A stretch of DNA of 64,000 nt from Candidatus Rariloculaceae bacterium. GTDB lineage: Bacteria; Pseudomonadota; Gammaproteobacteria; Steroidobacterales; Rariloculaceae. The position numbers and the translations under genes are program-made. The stretch is taken from NCBI GenBank assembly GCA_965205045.1, contig OZ242031.1, forward strand, positions 4,572,044-4,636,043, read 5' to 3'. The notes under the pieces were generated by a model. That model worked only from the letters and a program-made list of their open reading frames with translations, did no database searches and was not told the origin of the DNA. Below are positions 54,160-64,000 of this stretch, piece by piece. The first letter of the stretch is position 1. The number at the start of each line of letters is the position of its first letter.

Positions 54160-54302
54160 GCCGAGGCGCCACTCCACAGAGTAATGCCTGATGGCGTGGC
54201 GTGGGTCGTTTGAAACAAATCTGCGTTTGATTGCGGTTTTTTTCGCATCATCTGTTCTCTAGTACAACCAGGCCGCGTGGTGCGGGTCTGCACTATGTTT
54301 CC

Positions 54303-54404
54303 TACGGCTTGATTACGCGTGAGCTGGAACGGGTCGGCTCCGGCTACCGCTCGATGATGAGCGTACAGTCGTCGCTGGTCATGCTGCCGATTCACGAGTT
54401 CGGC
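54303..54404 (+). pseudogene. Glutaryl-CoA/acyl-CoA dehydrogenase scrap
   Basis: [34 protein letters not shown] resembles an internal GcdH segment. It has no N- or C-terminal continuation. Confidence 0.5.
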
Positions 54405-54521
54405 AAGCCGCTGGCCGCCAGCTCGCTCGCGGGCATCTTGAATCTACTATCCGGAAATCAGATGACGTACGCTCATATCACGTCAAGTCCATTCCAGACA
54501 TTCATATAGAGGAACACGCTC

Positions 54522-55724
54522 ATGCGCCAGGCCACCATTGTTTCGACCGCCCGTACCCCGATCGGTAAAGCCTACCGCGGTGCTTTCAACAACACCTCGG
54601 CACAGGTACTTGGCGGACATGCGGTAATGAATGCCGTCGAGCGCGCCAAGGTCGACCCGGCCGAGATCGAAGACGTGATCATGGGTGCGGCGCTGCAGCA
54701 AGGCTCATCCGGTGGCAACGTCGGTCGCCAGGTGGCGCTGCGTGCGGGATTGCCGACCAGCGTTCCCGGCATGTCGATCGATCGCCAGTGCGCTTCGGGC
54801 ATGATGGCTATCGCTACCGCAGCAAAGCAGGTCGTCGAAGACGGGATGCAGGTGACCGTCGGCGGCGGGCTCGAATCGATTTCACTGGTACAGAACAAGC
54901 ATCGCAACCTCTACCGCGCACAGGATGAATGGCTGAAAGAACACGTGCACGCAGTCTACATGTCGATGCTGGAAACGGCGGAGATCGTAGCCGAGCGCTA
55001 CGGCGTCAGCCGTGAGTCGCAGGACGAGTTCGCATTCCAATCACAGCAGCGTACAGCGATCGCGCAACAGGCTGGAAAATTCGACGACGAGATCGTGGCG
55101 CTGACGTCTACCATGTTGGTACAGGACAAGGAGACCAGGGAGATTTCACAGCGCGAAGTGACGCTGGAAAAAGACGAAGGCAACCGGCCGTCGACGACGA
55201 CGGATGGCCTTGCGGCGCTGCAGCCCGTGTTCAAGGACGGAATGGTCGTCAGTGAAGGCAAGCACATTACCGCCGGCAATGCCTCGCAACTTTCCGATGG
55301 CGCCTCGGCTGCGGTGGTCATGGAGGCCAGGGAAGCCGAGCGGCGCGGTCTGCAGCCACTCGGAATCTATCGCGGCATGGTTGCCGCCGGCTGCTCGCCG
55401 GATGAAATGGGCATCGGACCCGTCTATGCGGTGCCGAAGTTGCTGGAGAAACATCATCTCAAAATGGACGATATCGATCTTTGGGAACTCAACGAGGCGT
55501 TTGCCGTGCAGGCTCTCTACTGCCGTGACAAGCTCGGCATCCCCAATGAGAACCTCAATGTCAACGGCGGGGCGATCTCGATCGGCCACCCGTACGGGAT
55601 GTCGGGCGCGCGCCTGGTCGGCCACGCCTTGATCGAGGGTAAGCGCCGCGGCGCCAGGAACGTTGTCGTCACGATGTGCGTCGGCGGCGGCATGGGCGTA
55701 GCCGGCCTGTTCGAGGTGGTGTAG
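54522..55724 (+). CDS. Acetyl-CoA C-acyltransferase (thiolase)
   Basis: [45 protein letters not shown]. Confidence 0.9.
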   Translation: MRQATIVSTARTPIGKAYRGAFNNTSAQVLGGHAVMNAVERAKVDPAEIEDVIMGAALQQGSSGGNVGRQVALRAGLPTSVPGMSIDRQCASGMMAIATAAKQVVEDGMQVTVGGGLESISLVQNKHRNLYRAQDEWLKEHVHAVYMSMLETAEIVAERYGVSRESQDEFAFQSQQRTAIAQQAGKFDDEIVALTSTMLVQDKETREISQREVTLEKDEGNRPSTTTDGLAALQPVFKDGMVVSEGKHITAGNASQLSDGASAAVVMEAREAERRGLQPLGIYRGMVAAGCSPDEMGIGPVYAVPKLLEKHHLKMDDIDLWELNEAFAVQALYCRDKLGIPNENLNVNGGAISIGHPYGMSGARLVGHALIEGKRRGARNVVVTMCVGGGMGVAGLFEVV

Positions 55725-55857
55725 TCGTTCAGTTACTCCGTTGACGACCAGCATTTCCGGGCCTTGGCGCCAGGAATTTTCTTTTTGCATCGGATCGCGA
55801 GGCTGTTATCTTGACGCCCTTTGATCGAGACAGGCCGGAAAGACCCTGGAGGAAATC

Positions 55858-57363
55858 ATGAAGCCGGTGAGCGCGGCCGACTACACCGTTGGTGTTGTGG
55901 GCGCAGGCACGATGGGGCAAGGCATCGCTCAGGTATCGGCTCAAGGCGGCCTCAAGGTGCTGGTGTTCGATGCCAGACCAGGTGGTGGCGCAGAGGCGGT
56001 TGCTCAGGTTGGGAAGCGCATCGACCGGCTCGTCGAAAAGGGGCGTATTGGCGAAGATGATGCCGGCAATGCCAAGGCCAACCTGCAGGCGGTGGACGAG
56101 CTCGATGCTCTGGCCGGATGCGATGTCGTCCTCGAAGCCGTATTCGAAGACTATGGTGTCAAGGCCAGGGTCTTCAAGGACCTTGAAGCGATTGTATCCA
56201 GGGACTGCATCATCGCCTCGAACACATCTTCGATCCCGATCTCGTCGATCGCGCGCAATTGCGAGAAACGCGACCGCGTCGCCGGGCTGCATTTCTTCGT
56301 TCCCGTACCGCTGATGAAGCTGGTGGAGGTGATCAAGGCAGCAGAAACCAGCGACGAGACGGTCGCAGCACTGACGGAACTCGGCAAGCGCATGACGCGC
56401 GTGCCTGTGACCGTTGCCGACATGCCCGGCTTCCTGGTCAACATGGGCGGGCGCGCGTTCACTACGGAAGGGCTCAGGATCGCACACGAGTCGGTCGCGC
56501 GACCGGAACAGATCGATGCCATCATGCGCGACTGCCGCGGCTTTCGGATGGGTCCGTTCGAACTCATGGACCTGATCGGGATCGATGTCAACTTTCCGGC
56601 GAGCCGCCAAATCTACGACGGCTATATGCAGGATCCGCGGATCAAGACATCGCCGAACCACGAGGCGATGTTCAATTCCGGACAGTTCGGCCGCAAGACC
56701 GGTGGCGGCTGGTACCAATATTCGCACGGCAAGATGGTCGAAGCGCCATCCGCTGACCATGCGACCGGTGCGGCGCCTGCGGGCAAAGCAGCGCTGGCGG
56801 AAGCCGACGATGCGCTTGCCGCCCTGTGCAGGGAACTCGAGCTCGCGCTGGGTGAGGATGACGGGTCGTGCCCGATTCTTGCCGCGCCGTTCGGCGACGA
56901 TGCGACCCATACGGCATTGCGCACCGGTGCTGACCACACGCGCCTGGTGTGCGTCGACCTGTCATGCGACACCTCCAGACGCCTGACGATCATGACCGCG
57001 CCCGGTGCCGACCCGGCGATACGTGACTGCGTTGCAGCCGCTGCGAATGCTGCCGGCCGCGCCGTTACCGCGATCGGCGACAGCCCCGGCTTTGTCGCGC
57101 AACGCATGACCGCGATGATCGCCAATCTCGGCTGCTACATGGCGGAGGTGTCGCTGGCGACACCGGACGACATCGATCTCGCCCTGAAGTTGGGCTTGAA
57201 TTATCCGCTCGGGCCGTTGGAGCTGGCCGCCGATCTCGGGCTGAATCGATGCCTGCAGATTCTTGAACGCATGCAGGCCATCACCGGCGAAGATCGCTAC
57301 CGCCCAACAATGTGGTTGCAGCGTCGTGCTGCGCTTGATCTGCCGATCCATCTGCCTCACTAG
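55858..57363 (+). CDS. 3-hydroxyacyl-CoA dehydrogenase (long form with a duplicated C-terminal domain)
   Basis: VGVVGAGTMGQGIAQV, SNTSSIPIS, PGFLVN. 501 aa. Confidence 0.9.
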   Translation: MKPVSAADYTVGVVGAGTMGQGIAQVSAQGGLKVLVFDARPGGGAEAVAQVGKRIDRLVEKGRIGEDDAGNAKANLQAVDELDALAGCDVVLEAVFEDYGVKARVFKDLEAIVSRDCIIASNTSSIPISSIARNCEKRDRVAGLHFFVPVPLMKLVEVIKAAETSDETVAALTELGKRMTRVPVTVADMPGFLVNMGGRAFTTEGLRIAHESVARPEQIDAIMRDCRGFRMGPFELMDLIGIDVNFPASRQIYDGYMQDPRIKTSPNHEAMFNSGQFGRKTGGGWYQYSHGKMVEAPSADHATGAAPAGKAALAEADDALAALCRELELALGEDDGSCPILAAPFGDDATHTALRTGADHTRLVCVDLSCDTSRRLTIMTAPGADPAIRDCVAAAANAAGRAVTAIGDSPGFVAQRMTAMIANLGCYMAEVSLATPDDIDLALKLGLNYPLGPLELAADLGLNRCLQILERMQAITGEDRYRPTMWLQRRAALDLPIHLPH

Positions 57364-57432
57364 TGGCCTGTATCGGCTCGCCCGGGAGCGGATTCATGAG
57401 CTGGGACACCAGAACACAACGGGACCCTGATT

Positions 57433-59514
57433 ATGACTACGATCAATGATCTTCTCGCACCAAGGTCGGTTGCCATTGTCGGCGCCTCCGACAATCCCAC
57501 GCGTATTGGCGGACGGCCGCTTTCGCACTTTCAGAACCTCGGTTACGAGGGTCGCATTTATCCTGTGAACCCCAATCGTGATGTTGTGCAGGGTCTCCAG
57601 GCCTATCCGACCCTTAATGACATCTCCGGTGACGTCGACTTTGTTCTGGTCGCTGTGCCGGCAAAATGGGTGCTCGACGTCGCGCGCGACGCTGTCGCAA
57701 AAAAAGCCAGGACCGTGATGATCTTCTCGGCCGGCTTCAGCGAAATGAGCGAGGCGGGACAGCGCGCCCAGGATGAGCTTACGCGAATTGCTTGCGACAG
57801 TGGCGTGCGCATCATCGGGCCGAACTGCTTCGGCGCATTCAATGCCGCAATCAACTTCTATCCGACATTCTCCGCGACAATCGCGTACAAGCAGCCGACA
57901 CCGGGTGGTCTTGCCATCGCCAGTCAATCGGGCGCCTACGGCAGCCACATTTTCAACCTGGCCCACCAGCGCGGACTGAATATGACTTACTGGATCACAA
58001 CTGGCAACGAATGCGATGTGCATGTTGCCGAAGCGATCAAACTGCTGGCGGAGAACGACGACGTCCAGACAATTTGCGCCTATGCAGAAAGCATCAACGA
58101 CGGTGACGTGCTCGTTGAAGGTCTGGAGGCAGCGCGTGATGCGCGCAAGCCGGTGGTGTTCATGAAGGTCGGGCGCTCGGAAGTCGGCGCTGCAGCCGCC
58201 AGTTCCCATACCGCCTCATTGGCTGGCGAAGACGCGATTTACGATGCGATCCTCAAGCAATACGGTGCCTATCGCGCGCGCACCACCGAGGAAGCGCTCG
58301 ATGTCGCTTATGCGGCCCGGCCGCGAATCTTTCCCATTGGCAAGCGCATTGGTCTTGTCTCCGTGTCCGGCGGTGGCGGCGTGTTGATGGCGGATGCAGC
58401 CGCTGACCATGATCTCGACGTCGCGGAAATGCCGGCTGAGGCCCAGGCGGAGATGAAGGAGCTGCTGCCGTTTGCAGCGCCACGTAACCCGGTCGACGTC
58501 ACCGCGCAGATTCTCAATGATATGACGTTGGTGCCGCGCTTCACCAAGCTGATGCTCGATCAAGGCAACTACGATGCCCTGGTCGGTTTCTGGTCGGCGA
58601 CCGCGAGCGTGCCTGAGATCACGTCGGCGCTGCGCAAGCACCTGGCCGAGGCCATGGACGGTCAGGATAACAAACTCTTCATCCAATCGGTGATCGCGCC
58701 ACCGGAACTCCGCAAGCAGTACGAGGACGAAGGCTTTCCGTGCATTGAAGATCCGTCAAGGGCGGTTGCAACCATGGCCGCCTTGATGTCGTACGGAATG
58801 GCGTTTGCCGCCGGCCGCCCGGCCATGCCCGAGATCCCGAACCTGCCGGCCTTGCCGGAGGGCCCGCTCGGCGAAAAGGCGGCAAAGAAAATCCTCGCCG
58901 ATTTCGGTTTGCCGCTGGCGGCCGATACGCTGGCAACCAATGCTGCGGAAGCTGCAGCGGCGGCCGAACGAGCCGGCGGCCCTGTGGCGATGAAGGTCGC
59001 CTCAGCGGATATTCTTCACAAGACCGACGTTGGCGGCGTCAAACTTGGCGTCAGCGGCGACGATGGCGTGTGCGCCGCGTACGACGAAATCGTCGCCAAC
59101 TCCAGGGCGGCCGTGCCAGATGCGAAAATCGATGGTGTTCTGATTTCAGCAATGGCCGCGGACGGTATTGACTGCATTCTCGGCGCCAAAGTCGATCCGG
59201 TGTTCGGGCCCATAGCGATGTTCGGTCTGGGCGGCGTCTTCACCGAAGTGCTGAAGGATGTCAGCTTCCGGCGCGCACCGGTGAGTCCGGAAACAGCGCG
59301 CGGCATGATCGATGAATTGAAAGGCGCCGCACTGCTCAAGGGAGCCAGAGGCGCCGAACCCTGCGATCTCGATGCGATCTGCGATGCGATTTCGAAACTA
59401 TCCGTGATTGCCGCAGCCCACAGCGACGCCATCGAAAGCATTGAAATTAATCCACTTCGGGCCATGCCAGAAGGATGCGTTGGCCTCGATGCCCTCATTG
59501 TCAAACGAACCTGA
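57433..59514 (+). CDS. ADP-forming acyl-CoA synthetase (acetate-CoA ligase family, CoA-binding plus ATP-grasp domains)
   Basis: SVAIVGASDNPTRIGGRPL (CoA-binding)...VAMKVASADILHKTDVGGVKLGV (ATP-grasp). 693 aa. Confidence 0.85.
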   Translation: MTTINDLLAPRSVAIVGASDNPTRIGGRPLSHFQNLGYEGRIYPVNPNRDVVQGLQAYPTLNDISGDVDFVLVAVPAKWVLDVARDAVAKKARTVMIFSAGFSEMSEAGQRAQDELTRIACDSGVRIIGPNCFGAFNAAINFYPTFSATIAYKQPTPGGLAIASQSGAYGSHIFNLAHQRGLNMTYWITTGNECDVHVAEAIKLLAENDDVQTICAYAESINDGDVLVEGLEAARDARKPVVFMKVGRSEVGAAAASSHTASLAGEDAIYDAILKQYGAYRARTTEEALDVAYAARPRIFPIGKRIGLVSVSGGGGVLMADAAADHDLDVAEMPAEAQAEMKELLPFAAPRNPVDVTAQILNDMTLVPRFTKLMLDQGNYDALVGFWSATASVPEITSALRKHLAEAMDGQDNKLFIQSVIAPPELRKQYEDEGFPCIEDPSRAVATMAALMSYGMAFAAGRPAMPEIPNLPALPEGPLGEKAAKKILADFGLPLAADTLATNAAEAAAAAERAGGPVAMKVASADILHKTDVGGVKLGVSGDDGVCAAYDEIVANSRAAVPDAKIDGVLISAMAADGIDCILGAKVDPVFGPIAMFGLGGVFTEVLKDVSFRRAPVSPETARGMIDELKGAALLKGARGAEPCDLDAICDAISKLSVIAAAHSDAIESIEINPLRAMPEGCVGLDALIVKRT

Positions 59515-59520
59515 GGAAAT

Positions 59521-60540
59521 GTGATCATGGCGCTACCACCCATACTGCAGAACCTGCGTATCCCTGTGATCGGTGCGCCGATGTTCATCGTCTCCAATCC
59601 CGATCTTGTCATTGCCCAGTGCACGTCCGGGATTGTCGGTGGTTTTCCGGCGTTCAATGCGCGCGAAGAGGAAGGTGAACCCATCGAGCTCGATCGGTGG
59701 ATTACACGCATCAAGGAAGGGTGTGACCGGCACAACCAGGCACACCCCGAGCGCCCGGCAGCGCCGTTCGCGACCAACCTGATCATGCATCGTTCGAACG
59801 AACGACTCGAGCGTGACGTCGACATCTGCGTCAAACAGGAAGTGCCGATCGTGATCACGTCGCTCGGCGCGCGCGAGGAAGTCTACGAAGCGGTGCGTTC
59901 CCATGGCGGCATCACGCTGCACGACATCATCAATAACCGCTTCGCAAGGAAAGCCATCGAAAAGGGCGCAGACGGGCTGATTGCAGTCGCAGCCGGTGCC
60001 GGCGGGCATGCGGGAATAACGTCGCCGCTCGCCCTGGTGCAGGAAATCCGCGACTGGTTCGACGGCCCGCTGGTGCTGTCCGGCTGTATTGCAAGGGGCG
60101 ACTCGGTGCTGGCCGCAGAGGCCATGGGCGCCGACCTCAGCTATGTCGGGTCTGCGTTTATCGCCACAGAGGAAGCCAACGCGGTGGATGGCTACAAGGA
60201 AATGATCGTCGAAAGCGCCGCCGACGACATCATCTATACCGACCTGTTGAGCGGTCTTCACGGCAGCTATCTCAAAGGATCCGTGCGCGATGCCGGGTTG
60301 GATCCCGACAATCTCGAGACTTCCATTGCCTCAGTCCTGAAAGCGGACGAAGGCTCGTCGACGGCACCGAAGTGGAAATCAGGCTCGTCGCGACCGAAGG
60401 CGTGGAAAGACATCTGGAGCGCCGGCCAAGGTGTCGGTGCGATCAAGGACGTGCCGGCGGCGGCGGAACTTGTCGACCGCCTGGAACGCGAGTATCTGGC
60501 CGCACGCGAGCGCCTGAGCCTGAACAGTGACCGCGTCTAG
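59521..60540 (+). CDS. Nitronate monooxygenase (NMO/2-nitropropane dioxygenase family)
   Basis: IPVIGAPMFIVSNPDLV and GADGLIAVAAGAGGHAG. GTG 59521 or ATG 59527. Confidence 0.85.
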   Translation: MIMALPPILQNLRIPVIGAPMFIVSNPDLVIAQCTSGIVGGFPAFNAREEEGEPIELDRWITRIKEGCDRHNQAHPERPAAPFATNLIMHRSNERLERDVDICVKQEVPIVITSLGAREEVYEAVRSHGGITLHDIINNRFARKAIEKGADGLIAVAAGAGGHAGITSPLALVQEIRDWFDGPLVLSGCIARGDSVLAAEAMGADLSYVGSAFIATEEANAVDGYKEMIVESAADDIIYTDLLSGLHGSYLKGSVRDAGLDPDNLETSIASVLKADEGSSTAPKWKSGSSRPKAWKDIWSAGQGVGAIKDVPAAAELVDRLEREYLAARERLSLNSDRV

Positions 60541-62078
60541 GACCAGCTGAAGTCGCGGCGCAGGCGGCCCAATTTGCTATAGAACGCGTCAGAGCGTTCG
60601 TTGTCGGCTGCGGTATTCGGATAAAGCAGGGAACATACGGGAATCACAATCAATGGCACGAGCAGCGTAAGGAATGAGGGATCGCTCCATTCTCCCAGAT
60701 AGGTAATCAATTCATACCACCACTGAGCAAAACCGCCGGCCGTTGCGTTTTCCACACCGTCAAACAAGGTATTCAACAGCCACATAATCAGTCCGCCGGC
60801 AAAACCTGCCGCTATTCCCCAGAACGCCGCCCGTTCCGACGTACGACGCCAGTACAAGACAAAGGTCACCGCAATTGCCGGGGGCACAACCATAGCTAAA
60901 CCAAGTAACAAGAGTTGCAATACCGAGCTGATGTATCCGAGGCTGGCAATGATTGTCGCAATCGAGCCATAGATAATGGTGACAATCTTGTAAGCCCGTA
61001 GCTGTTGATCGCTGCTAAAGTTCTTGACACCGGGTACCCAGTCGTTGACGAACATGGTTGAGCTCGCCAATAGTATCGGCGCGCCGGTAGAGATTATCGC
61101 GGCCAACACGGCTGCCAGGGCGATGCCGGCCAAAACGGGCCCACTGTCGATCGCCAATTGCGAAATATTCCGGTAACTACTCAGCCCGCTCTCGGGGCCA
61201 TAGGCCGCCATGGTCAAGATACCAATGAATCCTGCGACAAAGGACACGACTGCAGCAATGATGCCGGCAAAGAAAAACGCCTTGATCAAATGGTCTTCTT
61301 TGGCCGCCGAATTTGCATAGTTTGCGTAAATTGAAACCGCCGGTGTGTGAATAGTTGCTGCAACAAACAGGGCGATGATAGTAACCAGACCGATGCCGGA
61401 AAAACTCCACCAGGCAAATTCATCTCTTCCAGCTTCCGCAAGTCTGATGGTCGATTGGGTGACGACGGCATCCCAGCCCCCCATATTCTGCATCGCCACC
61501 GTGCCGACAAGAAGAAGTCCGAACAAAATGACAGCACAATGAACGAAGTTTGCGGCTGCAACGCCTTTCAAGCCACCGGTTACCGTAAAGGAAATGATAA
61601 GTAATCCACCAATGGCAGTACTAACAACAAAAGGCAGACCTGTTACGCCAGAAATGATCGAGCCAATCACGTAGGGCTCGAGAATGTTGATTATCAGATA
61701 TTCGGCTTGCACACAGAGACTGATTAGCCACTGGCAGCGATAAGAACCAAATCGACGATCGAATATCTGGCCGACAGTGACAACTTTCAGTCGTCGATAA
61801 GGGATTACGAAGAATAGACCTACCAGAAGCAGGGCCGTGAAGGCATTTACGCCGAACCAGAAATGGCCTATGCCTTCGCTGACTACATCACCCGCTACTC
61901 CGTAGGTAGCGACTCCACCGATGCGTGTTCCGGCAACGCCCGTCATCAACGCGAACAAACCGAGCGTACCGCCGCCTATCGCCCAATCCGATCCACTGGC
62001 GTTGCTGCGATTCATGTAAATTCCGAACGCAACAAAAAAAACCAGGTATAGGATGATGATAATCGTGGTGATGCTCAT
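60537..62078 (-). CDS. Sodium:solute symporter (SSS) family transporter
   Basis: 513 aa with roughly 13 hydrophobic segments. The family call rests on overall architecture and Gly-rich helices and is less certain than the membrane-transporter call. Confidence 0.7.
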   Translation of the reverse strand: MSITTIIIILYLVFFVAFGIYMNRSNASGSDWAIGGGTLGLFALMTGVAGTRIGGVATYGVAGDVVSEGIGHFWFGVNAFTALLLVGLFFVIPYRRLKVVTVGQIFDRRFGSYRCQWLISLCVQAEYLIINILEPYVIGSIISGVTGLPFVVSTAIGGLLIISFTVTGGLKGVAAANFVHCAVILFGLLLVGTVAMQNMGGWDAVVTQSTIRLAEAGRDEFAWWSFSGIGLVTIIALFVAATIHTPAVSIYANYANSAAKEDHLIKAFFFAGIIAAVVSFVAGFIGILTMAAYGPESGLSSYRNISQLAIDSGPVLAGIALAAVLAAIISTGAPILLASSTMFVNDWVPGVKNFSSDQQLRAYKIVTIIYGSIATIIASLGYISSVLQLLLLGLAMVVPPAIAVTFVLYWRRTSERAAFWGIAAGFAGGLIMWLLNTLFDGVENATAGGFAQWWYELITYLGEWSDPSFLTLLVPLIVIPVCSLLYPNTAADNERSDAFYSKLGRLRRDFSWS

Positions 62079-62106
62079 GCAGAGCTCCTTCTACTCTCCA
62101 CTGCTC

Positions 62107-62370
62107 TCAACGCATCAACGCATAAACCGCATGGAAGATCGGGTGTGTGTCGGGTAACTCGATGATGGGCCGGTCCGGAAAGATGCGAATCATCCCTCGC
62201 ACGAAGCCTTGCCATTCAACGGTGCCGCAATAGCTGTCGCAGAGCGGAAAGCCAGCTCGCAGCAAGTACTCGCGCAGCTTCAGAGCGTGCGCGTCGGTGA
62301 GATCCCAGGCACCCATCTGCGTCGTTGTCGTCTCTTGACGTGTGCCCAATACGTCGGCGAGACGACGCAT
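62107..62370 (-). pseudogene. DUF4159-like fragment
   Basis: LTDAHALKLREYLLRAGFPLCDSYCGTVEWQGFVRGMIRIFPDRPIIELPDTHPIFHAVY matches the central DUF4159 pattern. Only 87 aa are present. Confidence 0.4.
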
Positions 62371-62424
62371 CGCATCTGAGCGCTTGTGAACGCGCTGATC
62401 CGAATCTATCGGGTTGAAGGAGCA

Positions 62425-62769
62425 CTAGTGTTCCACGGCGGGCCCGGCTACTTCGGCTCCGGCCGCCGGGACCTCGTCCCCGGAGTACTTGTCACCGACT
62501 CCGGAGCCGTCGAGCCGCGCGCGCCAGACGCCTTTGAGTTCTCCGATGTTGTCCGGCGTGATGTCCGTAAGGGGGGAATAGCGCTGGTTGTAGACGTTGC
62601 CGCCATTGGTGATCCATCCGTCGGTGGGCAGCGCCTTGAGTTCATCGCCGCTGAACCCCGATCCGCTGCCGCCTTGCTGTCCAAAGGCAGCGGAAGCGAG
62701 CGTCGCGGTTATCAGAGCAACTGGGAGAACGGTGCTTCGTCTGGCAACGCGCATCGTGCCTGTCTTCAT
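62425..62769 (-). pseudogene. PQQ-dependent alcohol dehydrogenase N-terminal fragment
   Basis: Signal peptide plus WITNGGNVYNQRYSPLTDITPDNIGELKGVWRARL, after which the frame ends at about 114 aa. Confidence 0.5.
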
Positions 62770-62879
62770 ATCTGACTCCGTGTCAGCCGCTATCAGCGTT
62801 CGAGCGAACTCACAACAAGATTTCGCGCCTGACGTTACCACGAACAGAACAGATGAGGTTCGCAAAACCGTAATTTCGT

Positions 62880-63545
62880 TCAGACTCTTCTCACAAGACC
62901 ATCGCCTTTGAGCCGCCACAGCAGGACATCAAGGCGATCCTGGCCAAAAAACGGTTCTCCCCTGTAAGCGCACGTCGGCACGCCCCAGTGCCCCGCCGAT
63001 TCAAGATCCGTCTGGTTCTTCTCGATTTCGGATTCCAGGCGATCGGCATCCGAAATCACCAGTTTGTCCAGTCCCTCAAGACCCAGACCCGCCTTTTCAC
63101 TCGCGAGCGCAAGATGTTCTCCTTCATGCCAGTTTACGGTTCCGCCCCAGATGAGACGGGAAATCTCATCTGCAAATTCAATACCGTGGCCCAATTCAGC
63201 CGCTACTATTCCCAAGCGGGTCAGTCTGTAAATGTAGGGCTGTTCCTCACCAATTTGCCTTAACCCACTATCATCGATGTAGAAAACAAGCGGGTCGGGA
63301 TTTGGCCAGACGAGCGGCAATTCCAGAAACTCGGCCACCCGAAACAGATCCTTCATGAAGTATGAGGCCCACAGGGGATGGAGCGTTTGGAAAAAATCAG
63401 GCATACGGATGGCAATGGGATACACGGGCCGGAGATTTACCTCGAGCTGATACTCATGCTGCCACTGCCTCAGTCGCGGTACGGCGAGGTATGACCACGG
63501 GCTCCGGAACGACCAGAACACATCTATTTTCAGTGGCTCGCTCAC
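62880..63545 (-). CDS. DsbA-family / 2-hydroxychromene-2-carboxylate isomerase-like protein
   Basis: IDVFWSFRSPWSYLAVPRL N-terminal thioredoxin-fold motif. 221 aa. Confidence 0.75.
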   Translation of the reverse strand: MSEPLKIDVFWSFRSPWSYLAVPRLRQWQHEYQLEVNLRPVYPIAIRMPDFFQTLHPLWASYFMKDLFRVAEFLELPLVWPNPDPLVFYIDDSGLRQIGEEQPYIYRLTRLGIVAAELGHGIEFADEISRLIWGGTVNWHEGEHLALASEKAGLGLEGLDKLVISDADRLESEIEKNQTDLESAGHWGVPTCAYRGEPFFGQDRLDVLLWRLKGDGLVRRV

Positions 63546-63588
63546 TGGTCGCCAGTGGCTGTTTCAGCCTCCCTTCCGTGTGGCGGTT

Positions 63589-64000
63589 TCAGAGCGGCAG
63601 ATAATGCCGCAATACCTTCCAATGGGTATGCACAACGCCCTTGTCGACCAACGCCACGATTTCTTCTTCGCTGTAGCCTGCCTCGCGTAATATCGAAATC
63701 GAGTGTTCCCCGGGTGGGGGCGCCGGATGCGTAGGCGTCAGGGCCGAAAGTTCCGGCCGAATCCAGGTGGCCAATGGGCTCGTTGTCGGGTATCCGGAGG
63801 GGTGCGGCCCACGTAGCAGACGGAACGAATGGTCGGGAACGCTATCGCTGCCGTCGACTGTGGTCTCGACCGTGTATCTCTCACGCAGCTCTGCCAGTGT
63901 CTGTACCGCGATAGCGGCTGCCCCCGGTAGCGCTGCGAGTTTGTCCCTGAGTTGGGCCAGCGTCAGGTCGCGTGCTTCATTGCCGATCGCTTCGGCAGAT
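63589..64000 (-). CDS. Family III CoA-transferase (CaiB/BaiF-type), C-terminal part (gene runs off the right edge)
   Basis: Hand translation shows the frame stays open to position 64000. C-terminus PPPGEHSISILREAGYSEEEIVALVDKGVV is typical of this family. Confidence 0.6.
   Translation of the reverse strand, partial: SAEAIGNEARDLTLAQLRDKLAALPGAAAIAVQTLAELRERYTVETTVDGSDSVPDHSFRLLRGPHPSGYPTTSPLATWIRPELSALTPTHPAPPPGEHSISILREAGYSEEEIVALVDKGVVHTHWKVLRHYLPL

Noticed and set aside
1-64000. Scan for rRNA, tRNA, integrase or recombinase genes, retron/reverse-transcriptase genes and cas genes
   Set aside because: I recognised none by eye. tRNA and small ncRNA detection without covariance-model tools is unreliable, so absence is not proven.

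Overview
This is a GC-rich bacterial chromosomal window. All calls come from reading the ORF translations and the DNA by eye. No searches were run, so family names are recollections of motifs, not database hits.

Left arm (1-22.4 kb): a divergent polyphenol-type catabolic cluster. One side carries a TonB-dependent receptor and a tannase-like lipoprotein. The other carries MarR, a pyrogallol-hydroxytransferase-like molybdoenzyme (alpha and beta subunits) and a TRAP transporter. After it come a Uma2 nuclease, a thiolase, a secreted-protein pair preceded by a 7-bp x12 microsatellite, proC, a DAACS symporter, YceI, a parvulin PPIase, and HupE/UreJ behind a 27-bp tandem array.

Centre (about 22.4-44.2 kb): a compositionally mosaic defence/mobile island.
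- A UPF0175 antitoxin-like gene.
- A phd-vapC pair in which vapC is split by an intact IS21-family element with a 6-bp target duplication.
- A type III-like R-M operon: SNF2 helicase, DUF4391, Mod, then Res. Mod and Res are separated by an orphan hicB, a fossil copy of the res start, and a tightly chained three-gene cassette of unknown function (TIGR04255-like, HEAT-like 235 aa, 169 aa). This cassette is my best candidate for an undescribed system.
- A decayed zone of gene fragments, a cytoplasmic S8 subtilase with a small downstream partner, and an HsdR remnant.

Right arm (44.2-64 kb): a HlyD plus ABC-2 exporter, a second phd-vapC, a DMT transporter, a MetE-like protein, a PQQ dehydrogenase, an MBL-fold protein, and an internally deleted PatB-like gene. 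Then come a gcdH scrap, a thiolase / 3-hydroxyacyl-CoA dehydrogenase / ADP-forming acyl-CoA ligase / nitronate monooxygenase cluster, an SSS transporter, two more gene fragments, a DsbA-like protein and a partial CoA-transferase.

I recognised no rRNA, tRNA or CRISPR array.
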